A stretch of DNA of 63,962 nucleotides, the filler included, from Folioceros fuciformis (taxonomy: Eukaryota): NCBI GenBank assembly GCA_049999805.1. It is 36 parts of 36 records of this genome, joined end to end, with 100 filler letters (N's around TTAATTAATTAA, not from the genome) between each part and the next. Parts side by side here need not be neighbours in the genome. Positions count along the whole stretch, not along the records: positions 23,785 to 25,162 come from JBNGIO010007150.1; positions 25,263 to 28,065 come from JBNGIO010007151.1; positions 28,166 to 29,728 come from JBNGIO010007152.1; positions 29,829 to 31,048 come from JBNGIO010007153.1; positions 31,149 to 32,378 come from JBNGIO010007154.1; positions 32,479 to 33,541 come from JBNGIO010007155.1; positions 33,642 to 34,837 come from JBNGIO010007156.1; positions 34,938 to 36,618 come from JBNGIO010007157.1; 28 more parts are not named here. One strand, written 5' to 3'. The translations under genes and the position numbers were made by a program. Below, piece by piece: positions 24,831 to 37,095 of this stretch. How positions within the stretch are numbered: the first letter of the stretch is position 1; every line of letters starts with the position of its first letter. The notes under the pieces were generated by a model. It was not told the DNA's origin, searched no databases, and was given only the letters and a program-made list of their open reading frames with translations.

Positions 24831-26021
24831 GAATCAGTGCTATATGTACAAGGGGTGCACTAGAGGGCAAGCTCCTCATGTGTCCTCGATTCTAGGGAAT
24901 CTTCCTCGAATCTTACGTTGCTTGCCAAAATTGGATATAGAGCTTTACAGTACACATGTATTTGATTTGTTGCTTTTTAAAAGTCCTTCATGGTCGTCTC
25001 CACGCCGGACACATTTGCTCGAAGGTGCCAGATCACGGATGGATGTCGAAAAAATCCCTCCTCAGAATGTACCGACAACCAATCCCCAGAGTCCTGTAGG
25101 CCTGATAACTCTGCATGATGAGTGAAATATTTGAGAAAAGGGTGCACCCTTGTTTGGTGGCCNNNNNNNNNNNNNNNNNNNNNNNNNNNNNNNNNNNNNN
25201 NNNNNNTTAATTAATTAANNNNNNNNNNNNNNNNNNNNNNNNNNNNNNNNNNNNNNNNNNNNGATGAGCCTGGGGTCGGGGTGTGGCCCGCGGGCTTGTG
25301 GGACCCAAGGTCCACCGATCCTTGGAATCTATGCAGGCTTGTGGAGGCAACGTGTTACAAGAATCTTCTTGAATATTTGATCCCGGGTAGGATTCAGAAT
25401 CTGATGAATCTGCGGGAAGCAGGCGGGGCAGTTTGCACGTTGCCCAGTGCCGTAGGTTTCCTCGTGTTTCGTCCTGGGCTGGCTATCCTGCTTCTATTGG
25501 TGCTTCCCCTTCGCCGTCCAAAGTGCCACCCTGGCCAGCAGCAACGCATTCGCAACTGCCCCACAATCTCACGCAGTAAGAATGTGAATTTCTTGTGCAC
25601 CAATGTGCATACATGCATGCATCTGGTCTTCGCTGTCGTTGCATCTATATTATGTATGTTTCTCTGCGCGTGTGGCTGGGTAACCGACCCCCATGCAGGC
25701 CTGGATCGAGGAAAACACTATCCCTAGATGGCTCCATTGGGCCCACGCCGCCCACCTGGCTCGGGTGGGCACTGCCCAGGTGAGAGCTCAGGGTTCCCCT
25801 CTCGCGGGCGGGAACTCGTGACGCCGCACTGCACAGAGGAGGCAATGTTGGTGCAAGGCAGGTCTGGTGGCGGTCGGACCCGTGTTCCGGGTCAGAGCGT
25901 TGTTGGGCGAGGCTTGCGAGGGGCCGCTTGACTCGGCTGGACTCTTAGGTCGGAGGTATGGAGCAGCTGGCGTGGAGCTCGCTGGGTGCCCATTAAAGGG
26001 CGCCTCCTGCGGTCTCCCGAG

Positions 26022-28065
26022 ATGGATGAGGAAATGGAAAGACTGCAGCTGAACGAGACCCCGGAGGCCTTGGTCGAACCTGTCAAGAGCATCGGGTGCT
26101 GCAGACGATATGCTGAGGTTTTCGTCAAGGCGGTCCTGTCCGGGAACGTGTCGAAGCTCGTCAGCGCACTGCACGTGAAGCTGCGGTTTTACTACATCCG
26201 AATGACCGTGCTCGGCCAGTCTATGGACGGCGACCTGCAGGACACGGCGCTGTCGCAGACGTTGAAGGAGAGCTGCGGAGTAGATCGAAGGTATGCGATG
26301 ATTCTTTGTATCGTGGGTTTTGTTGGGCAGTGTCTGTTTGATGGGCGGTTGTGTGGATCTGCTGGGCAACTGTAGATTGGGCTTGCCGGGCAGGGCAGCA
26401 GTTTGGTGTAGTGCGGGGTCCTGATGGGCATTGTGATTCTGTGGGTGTCGATAATGAGATGAAGGTTTGGCTGTCTCCAGAGCCGGGCACGACTTGGAGG
26501 AGTACGTTCGATCTACCATCCACGGGATCGGGCAGATCGATGTCGGCAGGCACGTGATCGGGATTTTGGACAATCTACCTTATTCTGAGGAATCGGACTC
26601 TGGGTCGCATGCTGCTTCGGAGAACAGGGTGTCGCAGGAGGCCATCGGAGCTACCTTTAATGTCTTCTTCTTGTGGCTCGCGATTCTCATGGCTGGCACG
26701 GAGAAGCAGCCGGAGCCCGTGGATCCTAAAAAGGTCAAGAAGGGGTCCAAGAAGAGTGCAGATCTTGATGTGTTTCTTGCGGGTGCGGAGCAGTACTCTG
26801 CTCCTTCTGGTCGTGTGAAGGAGCTGCTGGCCAAGAGGCTGGAGTATGATAATTATCTGATGGATCAAGTTCTGCCTTTGGCTAGGAAGTCTACCACGGA
26901 GAATGTGAGTTTGGCAGACTTGTTGGGTAAGATGAGGGACTACATGAACTACTCCTTGAGCAGTGTCCTAGTCAGATTTATCGAGAATGGGCAGAGTGGC
27001 ATATTCGGGGATGAGGCGAAGGAAGAGATATTGGGTATGCTGTGGCAGGTTCAGTACAAGTGTGATATCAGAATTTGGGCCAGGGGCCTTTGGCTGCTGG
27101 AAATGACGGCACCGACTCCTCTCATGCCTGTCATTGCTGCTTCCAGGAGATATGCTGGCAATGACGACAACTTTAAGGGAGGTGGGGGCAGCAGCCATGG
27201 GAGTAGCAGTCAAGGGTTGTTCTCTGGGCCTGTCTTCAAGTCCGTCTTTCACCAGTTGGTGAAAGGGCAGAGGCTTAACCTCAAGTTTCAGCTTACGGTT
27301 GCTGTTGCCCCCACGAAACAGCATTTGCAGGTGAATATCGGAGTGGAGAATGTGCGATGCAAGGTGGAAAACTGCAGGTGGGACACGGAATTCACCGGTC
27401 ACTTCCCCTCCCATCTCTACCTGGCTCTCACACCGTTGCCTGCTGGTCCTGGTCTTAGGACCTCCAAAATCTTGGTGTCAACCACCAAGAGTTCTTCAGG
27501 TAACACGGCTTACTCTTACAAGTATGGAGAGAGCCTGGGGGTCGGGGTAGGAGGTGGCGTGGAGGGTAACCTGTCGAGTAGCATGCAGATGCAGATCCAG
27601 GCAGGTGTAAATGCTAAGGTCACGGCCAAGAGTAAGCCTTGGGAGTTCGAGCATGTCAGAGTCGGTGAGGGTGGTGCGGCTCTCAAGTTCTCTCTGCAGC
27701 ACTGGGAAGGCAAACCTTTTGACCGGTTACTGGGCCCTCCTCAGGCGCAGAAGACTTCCATCTTCAAGTTCGGCAGGAGGCAAGTGTCCAACTACTTGGT
27801 CAATGTGCCTTTGAGTAGTGACGGGGGTATCATTTTCTCGGAGGCTGATTACCCGGAGACGATCAAGTGGAACTTCCCCAAGGATATGCAGGGTAAACTC
27901 ATTGTATGGAAGCTGGAAGGTAGAGTGGACACGACCTTCGTGACCAGGGAAGGTTTCTTCGAGACTAGGACCATCAATTTTAAGCAAAAGCTAGAGTGGA
28001 TCCTTCTACCGGACCCTGATGAGAAGAAGGATAAGGAAGGGAAGGAGGGTAAGGAAGGGAAGGAG
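26022..28065 (+). CDS. Uncharacterised plant protein (AT5G64190/AT2G40390-like C-terminal domain), candidate hemolysin/leukocidin-like beta-domain; exons 26022-26290 and 26481->28065, 3'-truncated by contig end
   Basis: The intron 26291(GT)-26480(AG) joins the two ORFs in frame (about 618 codons, no stops). Motifs HFPS, KSS, KPWEFE, GGIIF...Y.E...W....GK...W.LEG, ETR...F match my recollection of the so-called 'neuronal PAS domain' plant family. Paralog at 45850-47425. Confidence 0.8.
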
Positions 28066-29828
28066 NNNNNNNNNNNNNNNNNNNNNNNNNNNNNNNNNNN
28101 NNNNNNNNNTTAATTAATTAANNNNNNNNNNNNNNNNNNNNNNNNNNNNNNNNNNNNNNNNNNNNTAATTAGGGGCAACTTACCTACAAGATGATCATTG
28201 ACGACGAGGGTCTCCAACATGTGACCTCCTTGTTCAGAGATAATGAACTAAACCGTTTACCTAGTGAACTTTATCTAATCAGGATATAAAGTTTAATTTA
28301 TTTAAACTATTAACCAAAAGCTAAGAGGCTAGTATGATGGGGGTTGGGCACTAGCAGGTTGGCGCTCCCATGGTGATTGGACCCCGAGGGCACTAGCATG
28401 TGAGTGCTCTCGAGGCGATTGGTATAGCGAGGTGTGAACGATCTGATAACGAGGAACCCCTTACTAAGGTGTGTGTTGGAGTAATTTTTTTTTTTTTTTT
28501 CTAAGTTTCGTGTGAAATAGAGTCAAGTTGCGAGAAGGCCAAGGTATATATACTTAAAAGTTCCTTGGCCTATGAGTTTTTAGTTCGGGTTTTGTTTGAC
28601 CAATAACTGGTCCTCGGACTAAGGGGGTTAATTGTTCCTTGGCCTTTGTCCTTTGAACAATTCACAAAAGCCTATGTAAGGGGGGACCCCAATGACAGTA
28701 GAGTCATTTTTTTTATTAGGAACTAGAGATCGAATCGGGAGGAGAGTGTCCTGGTCTATGTGTAGACTCAGTCTGAGAAGGGAGGTAGTCGAAGCCCAAC
28801 GACGATCGATGACAACTAATTGAAGAGGATTACTGGGAGATTATTGGGAGATTGCTGAAGATTGAGGAAGATTGAGAAAGAGTGTTGGAGATTAGAGAAG
28901 ATTTCTACAAGATTTCTGAGAGATTTCTGGGCGTTTGTGGGAGATTGTTAAAGAATGCTAGAGATTGAGGGAGATTGCTGAGAGATTGCTGGAGGTTTGT
29001 GGACATTGCTAGAGGTTTGTGGACATTGCTGGAGGATTGGAAATATTTGGAATTAGGCCTGTAAGAAACAAGTGTGAACCAGAGCTCTTGTGTGTTTTGC
29101 ATGTGTGGATAGTTAGGGCTTTGGGTGGGTCCCACCAAAGTCGTGGAGTGGGAACCGTAATCGTAGAGTAGGGTCCTCAATAGTCGGGCTAACTAGGGGT
29201 AGTAGTAATTGAGTTAGTAGGTAGTAGAGGTGGTAGTAGGTGAGTCTTGACTTAGGTAAGGGTCAGTAACGACATAGAGGGTGAATGTGGACTTCACGGT
29301 GTCTCTTGACACAAGATTTCACTCCAGACAAGAATGTTAGTATGCCAAAAGCCCAAGGGTGATCGAGCAAAGAGTGCATCGACATGCCAACGTATAGGGT
29401 TGATGGGGAGGAGTAGGTGTAGGCATGTCAGTGGCCCTAGGGCGAGTTGGCTTGGCTAATTGTTCTTCAAACAGGGTTACCCAAGTCTAGTCGTCAAGTG
29501 ATTTTGGTGAAGTTTCTCAACCTTTCAAAAATTTCAAGATACCATACAACCATTTGCACAAAATTTGTGTCCAACTTCCGAAAAAATATTAAATGATTTT
29601 AAAAATTGAAATAAAAAAATATTGGCAATTAAAAAATAGATCTCAACTAACCTGGTCCAGCGAAGAAAATGATGCAGAAAAGTTAAACATCAATCCAGGG
29701 CAACACCCTTCTCTTGTTGTGAGGAATANNNNNNNNNNNNNNNNNNNNNNNNNNNNNNNNNNNNNNNNNNNNTTAATTAATTAANNNNNNNNNNNNNNNN
29801 NNNNNNNNNNNNNNNNNNNNNNNNNNNN

Positions 29829-31048
29829 CTTGCAGTCCTGCATCAACCTGGCATGGCCATCACATTCGGATCAACTGTGAGTTACACTTCCGTACGACTG
29901 AAACTGTAGAGGCCTGGGAAAGCATGCCCAAGCACCTGATTAAGCTTTGCGTAGCAGCAGGCCACGTTGTAGCTTGCTACGCCTTCCTCCTTCAAGTCAG
30001 GCTTCAATCCGAGGACGGTTTCAAACCTTGAGAGAGCATCCTCGTACTTCCCAGCCCTGAGTGGACAAATCAAATCAGCTTGGATCCGTAAGCAGAAAGT
30101 GGTGAAGTGCACCGGACCGCACATCGGATTTCATTTCACTTGAGCGGGCCACCTCCTACCTGTACAGCTTGAGGCCCTCAGCAAGTTCCTCTTCTCTTTG
30201 CTTTTGCTGCTCCTTTTTGCGCAGGTAGTTTTCTATCTGTCGAGGAACGAAGGACGGCGTTATGACGGCATCCCTGTCTTGACAAGTGCCAAAAATTCGC
30301 CAAGTCCGCGCACAATACCTGGATCTCCCTAACCCTGTCACCAATTGAGCTTGCATTCCTTTCCTTTGCAATCTCCTCCTTATTGGCCACTCCTTCCCGC
30401 ACACCTGGCAGCAGACACAACCGCAGACTGTGGGATGCACTCCCAAGCCGCAGGGAGCGAGGGATCCGATCTTGGCTGGCCGGCCGTAGAATACATACCA
30501 TTGCGCTTCTCCATCTGGAGAAGCAGTGTTCCCACACGCTGCCGCACGGTGTACATGGTGCGCCCATACTCAGCCGCCGGCCACATCTCATTCCCAAACA
30601 CAGCACTGCAGAGCAGAGCAAAGCCAGGAGAATCTGGTAAGGAAAACGCCACCCCACGGCACCAAAGCAGCACAGCAACCCGTCCCCGGTGAGAAATTCC
30701 ACCTGGTGGCCAGCACTTTGTCACCAGGGGTGAAGACGCCAGACCGGTCCGCGCTGCTCCCCGGGGCTATGGCGTCAATGTACGTCCCTCCGTCACTCCC
30801 CTTGTAGAACTTGAGCCCCCAGGGCTTCTCCAGTTCCACCTCGTACTGCTCATACTGCGTCGCCGGCGCGCTGTCCGTGGCCATGGCCCGGGCAGCCATC
30901 CGCGCCTGCGCGTGCACCAAGCCAGCAGCATTGGAGGCCTGCAGCACGAGAGCATAGCCTCGCAGCGAACTCGACAAAGAACTCAGCTGCGCCGACCAAC
31001 AGCCTCCAGGCATGCTGAGCCTGAACGCAGCTCTGACTCCGCCGGAAC
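29829..31048 (-). CDS. MET1: Chloroplast PDZ/K-box/TPR protein MET1 (ZKT), partial; exons >31013-30703, 30605-30499, 30404-30319, 30236-30160, 30056-29936, 29847->
   Basis: YEQYEVELEKPWGLKFYKGSDGGTYIDAIAPG...GDKVLATSAVFGNEMWPAAEYGRTMYTVRQRVG...GLKLYRAGKYEDALSRFETVLG...ASYNVACCYAKLNQ; GT-AG introns. Confidence 0.93.
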
Positions 31049-31807
31049 NNNNNNNNNNNNNNNNNNNNNNNNNNNNNNNNNNNNNNNNNNNNTTAATTAA
31101 TTAANNNNNNNNNNNNNNNNNNNNNNNNNNNNNNNNNNNNNNNNNNNNGCTCAAGAAGGTAATGTCGGCCATCCATTCGATCGGCCATTCATTTGGCCAG
31201 ATTTTTGTGTTAACAAAATTTCTTTTTAAACATTCTGTGTTATATATGTATGCCACTAATAATCTGACCATAGATTAGGTAGTTGTCCTAGCGCATTCCT
31301 GCTGATTTTGCTGAGGTAGCAAATCGGAGAGGATGTGTAGGGATCACTCCCTTAATCTAATAGAAATTATAAGTGCATCTTCATAAACAATCAACACAAA
31401 ATATATGCTTTCTATTCTCCGTTGTTTCTTGATCAAGAAACTTAATTTCTAGATCAAAATAAATAAGAAAATTATATAAATGTATTATTTAAAATGCATT
31501 TTTTAAATGTGCATTCATTACAGCACAACCTGCATCCTATTGCTATGATATTGCTATGATATCATAACAAATTTAGGTAATTACAGATCAATTAAACATA
31601 TGAAATTAATCACATTGTGTCAAGAATGCAATAACAATGTATAAGTCATAAGAATAACTTAAGTCACCTGTGAAACGTTGTGATCTAATCAAACGATAAC
31701 CCTAATGAAAAGGTATGTCTTTTAAAGCTCTTAACTTAACTAAACTACTGAACCCTAATAATCTATCCAACACATGTATTCCTTTAGCTTGGAGACCTCT
31801 CGATGCC

Positions 31808-32378
31808 TCAACCCTTTCCTGGAAAAGGAGGTGAAAGGAAGTAGAGCCTTATAAGCCTCCAAAGGTAAAGAATCCCTCGCTCACCTAAGAGATACCTGTA
31901 AAGGGAAAACGACCTCCTTAATGCCTGAGATAAAACCTTCAAGAAGAGGGAAATCTTGCAGCAAAAATCGAGAGGCCAAAATTGGAGCCAAGAGGGCCCA
32001 ATTACTAAGGCAACTGAGCCAACCCCTTTAAAGGCGTCTGACAAGAAAGCTTGCTTCCAAGCCAAATCACCAATGGCACACTTGAAGGTGCCAGGACCTA
32101 TGATATCCCCAAGAACTTGAATAACTTGATTGTCAAACTTCCTGAGACTTGATAAGAAAAATGGAGAAGGCGCAATAGTTCGAGTGGGATAACCTAGTCG
32201 CCACACAAAACAAGAAGAAAGAATACCGAACGCAATATAAGGATCACTGATTTGTGAGAGCTTCATGATATGAGCCAAATCTTCATCTAACGTTGCATCC
32301 ACAAACCTACGAACAAAATGAGGAGGTCCCATAGGAACACCCAAGACTCAAAGTCCCTGCGAAGCGGTGATATCCCTC
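31808..32378 (-). mobile_element. Degenerate non-LTR retrotransposon RT C-terminal region
   Basis: GL.VLGVPMGPPHFVRRFV...AFGILSSCFVWRLGY.TRT...FDNQV...AWKQAFL, typical of the post-YxDD thumb region of early-branching (CRE-like) non-LTR elements. Confidence 0.7.
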
Positions 32379-32478
32379 NNNNNNNNNNNNNNNNNNNNNN
32401 NNNNNNNNNNNNNNNNNNNNNNTTAATTAATTAANNNNNNNNNNNNNNNNNNNNNNNNNNNNNNNNNNNNNNNNNNNN

Positions 32479-33541
32479 GAGGATGCGTAGGCTGTGCTGC
32501 AGCCAAGCACCAAGCCGGCATCTTCGTCTGGGGCAGGGAGATTTGGAGATCTATCATGGCAGATCTACTACGACCGGGGCTTAAGGATGCAGAGCAAGGA
32601 CTGCTGGATTCGTCTAAGGGCTTCATGTGGGATCAACAACTGCGGGCATCCAAGCGGTTGTGCAGCCAAGCGTTGTACTGCAAATGGCTAGATCCATGCG
32701 GTTGTGCAGACGATGGTGGATCCAAGCAGGTAGTGTGGACTGGATCCAGGTGGGTGGCATGCTGGCCAGGGTGGATCTTAGCCAGGCCGGAGCCAGGAGC
32801 GGGCCGAGGGCCAGCTAGCTGGCTGGCTGACTGTTGAGGAGCCTAGCCAATAGCCCAGCTCGACCCAGCAGCATGCAACTAGAAGGCGGGCGCCTGGCCG
32901 GATTTTCAGGCTGCCGCCTGGGGGAAATCAGCCAGGAGAAGGAAGGTAGCCTGGCTGGTCACGGCTGGGGGCAGGGTGGCGTTGGACCCAGCCAGGTAGG
33001 CTGCGGCCGGCCCAGCTGCAAACAGGCAACCTGGCCTTGTAGCATGTGGGGTGCCTAGTCGGAGCCAGGAGGCCGGGCGAAGAGTGGCAGGCAGCCTGGC
33101 CACCGGCGGCCAGCCCAGCTCAACCTGGCCGCTAGCAGGCAGGTGGCTTGCAGGGGCTGGCAAGCGGCTCGGTTGCTGAGGGCGGGTAGGCACCCCAACA
33201 GCGCGGACACCTACCTGCAGGAAGGCATCAGGTAGCCAGCGGGCTAGTAGCGGCTCGGCTGCGTGGCTAGTCGGGATGGCGGCTGGTCGGGCGGATCGTG
33301 ACAGGTGGGCCTGGCCGGATTGCCAGGTGATGGCGGGTTGGCTGCAGTAGCGTAGGAAGCCGCAACAAGCGCTACAGGCGCAAGAGCGCGCAAGAGGGAG
33401 AGAGACTCAGGAGGAGCGTAAAGGAGCTTGAATCATGGCTAATGTGCAGGGATCAGACAATATCTCTCAGGTCGTGGGAGAGAAGTTGGATAAGAAGAAT
33501 TTTGCTTTGTGGAAGTTCAGGATGAAGAACTTCTTGGTAGG
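32479..33541 (+). mobile_element. Ty1/copia GC-rich leader and gag start (ATG 33435)
   Basis: MANVQGSDNISQVVGEKLDKKNFALWKFRMKNFLVG is a copia gag N-terminus. Confidence 0.8.
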
Positions 33542-33641
33542 NNNNNNNNNNNNNNNNNNNNNNNNNNNNNNNNNNNNNNNNNNNNTTAATTAATTAANNN
33601 NNNNNNNNNNNNNNNNNNNNNNNNNNNNNNNNNNNNNNNNN

Positions 33642-33671
<30 letters not shown>
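33642..33671. repeat. (TA)n microsatellite
   Basis: Seen directly at the contig start. Confidence 0.95.
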
Positions 33672-33674
<3 letters not shown>

Positions 33675-33788
33675 CATAACCTTAATCACTCTTACCACTA
33701 ATTAGTACAAACTCAATAAGCTGGATTAGCACTAATTAATATCAACATTAATCATGCTTAACAAGGACTACTAGATAAAAATGCATGG

Positions 33789-33800
33789 ACTCTGATACCA
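33789..33800 (-). promoter_or_regulatory. LTR-retrotransposon PBS (tRNA-iMet) next to an LTR end at 33801
   Basis: The minus strand reads ...AGCA-TGGTATCAGAGT. Confidence 0.75.
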
Positions 33801-36800
33801 TGCTAGAAGAAAAGATGCTAGTGCACAAGTTGCATAAAAATGACAATTAATTAAACTCAACCAAAAAAAAGGTATTATATACAAAGTGTCTTTTCATAAC
33901 TATGGTTAATTAACCCTAAGGTAGGTTATACTAAAATAACCCCTTATTATTAACACTAGGATGTGAAGGAGGTTAGCAGTGGATGAGCAAGAGCAGGAGA
34001 TCGTTAGGCAAATGGAGGCCAATAACCAAGAACTGTGAGGAGTATGGATGAGCGGATACACGTTCCTAAGAAGGCCGGGATGAGAGGGAAGGTTTCACTT
34101 GTCGAGGGGCAAAGAGAAGTGCATTGAGGTGGACGGGATTGTTACCGAAAGTGGTTGAGGGGACTGGATCGGGAAGTGGCGAATCGGTGCAATATTAGGC
34201 TAAGGTCCCCGAGGGGCAGGATCATTAGGAGGAGCTCGTTTACATCGCAACCGGGGGATTGTAGAAGAACATCCTGGAAAACCAAAGTGAAGGGGGCCTT
34301 GAGAGTTACGTGGCGAGGGGTTCTCTCTGAAGAGTTTCTCCTTCAATGAGCACATGAGGGAAAGGCAGCTGCACAGAAGCAAGCTGAGACAATTATCCGT
34401 GCGTTGATAGATCTCTGCAGAAGTTAAGGGGAGAGTATGTGCCCGGACTGGAAGATGCTCATGCAAGGAAGCTTATGTAGGCAGAAATCGCAGACTGCCG
34501 ACAGGAGGAAATTATTAAGGAGCAATGGAAAGCTAACGAGAGAGGGAGGCTATTGCAACAGGTAGTAGAGGAGAGATTGAAAAGTGAACTCCGGCGAAGG
34601 GATAAAAAACAGCTCGAGTCTAGCTCCGGATTGGGTCTGGTTTCGAGCAAGGGAGTTACAATGGCCTGGACAGGGGTCGGAGGTGAAGGTTGCCAGGAGA
34701 ATGCGTGCGGACGAAACTGAGGGATACCACCCCATCCAGATATATGACATAAGTGGCATTCGGCTTTCCATCCGCTGGGCGGAAGGTCTAGTACAGGTGT
34801 GCTGCTAGTGGGTGAGAAGCTAGTGGTGGTTATGTTGNNNNNNNNNNNNNNNNNNNNNNNNNNNNNNNNNNNNNNNNNNNNTTAATTAATTAANNNNNNN
34901 NNNNNNNNNNNNNNNNNNNNNNNNNNNNNNNNNNNNNCTCCGGTGCCTCCCACTCTGCTGCAGTACAGAAGAGTGATCTGCACCGGAAGCTCGGACCGCG
35001 CATTCCCCGACCGCAGCGGCAGCGCCTCTGGTGGAGTAGACCGCCAAAGATGGTCCTAAGCCAGCCATGGCTGCCGCATCCCGGTACCTCCTCACCAACC
35101 CCTTCCATCAGCCCGGGCCTCGGATGACGGCATCGGAATCCAAATCCAAATCCAAATTCAAATTCTCTCGCACTCCCAGTACCAACAGGCTGGTGGTGTG
35201 TCTTCACAGACACAATGCAATTCAGCCCCGCCCCAGAAGCGGGCCACGCATCCCGTCCCCTCCCCAAGTCGGATCCTGTCCGAAGCAAGCGCTCATTCAG
35301 ACACAGAAATCCGCCCTGCACTGCCCCGGGAGGAGGACGATGCAGGCAGTACCGGCCAGGGCATCCTAGCCCGCAAGAAGCTGCTGCCGCCTGGCCCCCA
35401 TGGCCACGAGCTCGAGGATAGCGGTCACCTTGTCGACGGGCTCACGTCACATTTCGACGTGCAATGTGACCCTCAACGCCAGCTTCGTCGAAGCGAGGCG
35501 CTTTCGGTGGATCAAATCACGGCAGCCAATGGCAAGCCTCTCCTATCTCTCAAAGCTTACACTGCATGATGAACATCTGCGTACACATACTCTTCCGTGT
35601 TCGCGAGCAGGAATTCCTGGATTATCCATAACGCCCACGTTATCGGGGCTTCGTGGACACCATGGGTCGGTACATACGTGCCTACCACGTATGTACGTGG
35701 CCGTCACATACATACTAACAGGGTCTGAAGATACGCCGACAGTTCGTGCAGGAAAAAGCGGTAGGTACAGAGTCTGTTACAGACACAGTCCACAAACAAA
35801 AGCGTTGTCACTCCGGAACTCCGGCAGTTATATATTCGCAATGACCGACTCATACCAACCAAGTATAATCTACATATATTTGGATTCAATTGGTCTCAAG
35901 CCTAGAGACACTTGCAATATATTAAGTATACATGATCAAAAGTTTACCTTCAACTTCATTTCTAAAATTCTTTTTGCTATGTCAAGGTTATTTTGCGTCT
36001 ATATTGCACCGAAAGTTCAAGATGGATACAATATGCCACAATGAGCAACTTGAGTTTGTATCCAATGTCCTAGTTTAGCAAACTCTAGTTCTACTTGGCA
36101 TCTTGAGACTTCAGAATCAAAAGTGTGCTTCTTAGACTACAAAGAACACATTTGCATTGGATGCAACATATGAGGAAATCTTTGTGAATTATCTACACAA
36201 GAACAATATTGTGTATGAGAACACCATATAGAGGCAACAGGGAACACCGTTGGGAGGGCTGTTGCTATAAAGACCTATATAGGTTTTTTTTTAACATGTC
36301 AACAATGCCTAAACAAGATGGATAATTGAAATAAAGAATACAAGCTAGAAATGAAGAAACGATGCACAAATGTTTAGGTTAAGCAATTGGATCTTTTAGA
36401 AGCACTCAACTTCTTCATGATAATCCAAAAGTGGTAGGCATGCCCAACTCCCATGACCTTAGATTCATAGATTTGATAGAATTTTTTCCTCCATTTGCAC
36501 CGAGTGAAAGCTATTCTAAAGGGGTGTTTAAAGCCTACGCGATATGGATCAAGCTTTGTTATCCCATATGTCCACTATCTCCACAACCACATCACCTTCT
36601 CCCCCATCATTATTACATNNNNNNNNNNNNNNNNNNNNNNNNNNNNNNNNNNNNNNNNNNNNTTAATTAATTAANNNNNNNNNNNNNNNNNNNNNNNNNN
36701 NNNNNNNNNNNNNNNNNNTTGTAGGATGGAAAGGTTTGGTTTGAGCAGCTGGAAGATGAATGGATTCTAGATACCGTAGAAGATGTAGGAGTGGACTCCA

Positions 36801-37095
36801 GCTTTACGCTACTTTGAGATGGGATGGATGGATTCTGGAGACTTGCCTGAGCCATAAAGAGAAGTAAGAGTAGACTGGACGTCGCTCTACGCCTGGTCCT
36901 GGCAGCTGGATATGATGATGAACAGAAAAAAAACGGGCTGCCGCATATGAGGAGCCACGAATTGCCAACAAAAACCATGCAAGGCCAGCGCGGCAGGTAG
37001 GGGACACGCTCCGAGTGACGGCAGACCACCATGTCTGCTGCTGTGACGCTCCCGCAATATCCTCACCTGGCCGCGAGAGCACCACCTCCGTCCTA

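Noticed and set aside
25788-27987. Minus-strand ORFs overlapping the 26022 gene
   Set aside because: Antisense shadows of a GC-rich coding sequence; conservation with the paralog is on the plus strand.
33960-34810. Purine-rich coding-like stretch
   Set aside because: Stops in all frames and no family recognised; probably TE remnant but not supportable.
35067-36044. Overlapping ORFs of 100-214 aa
   Set aside because: No recognisable domain or consistent splice structure.
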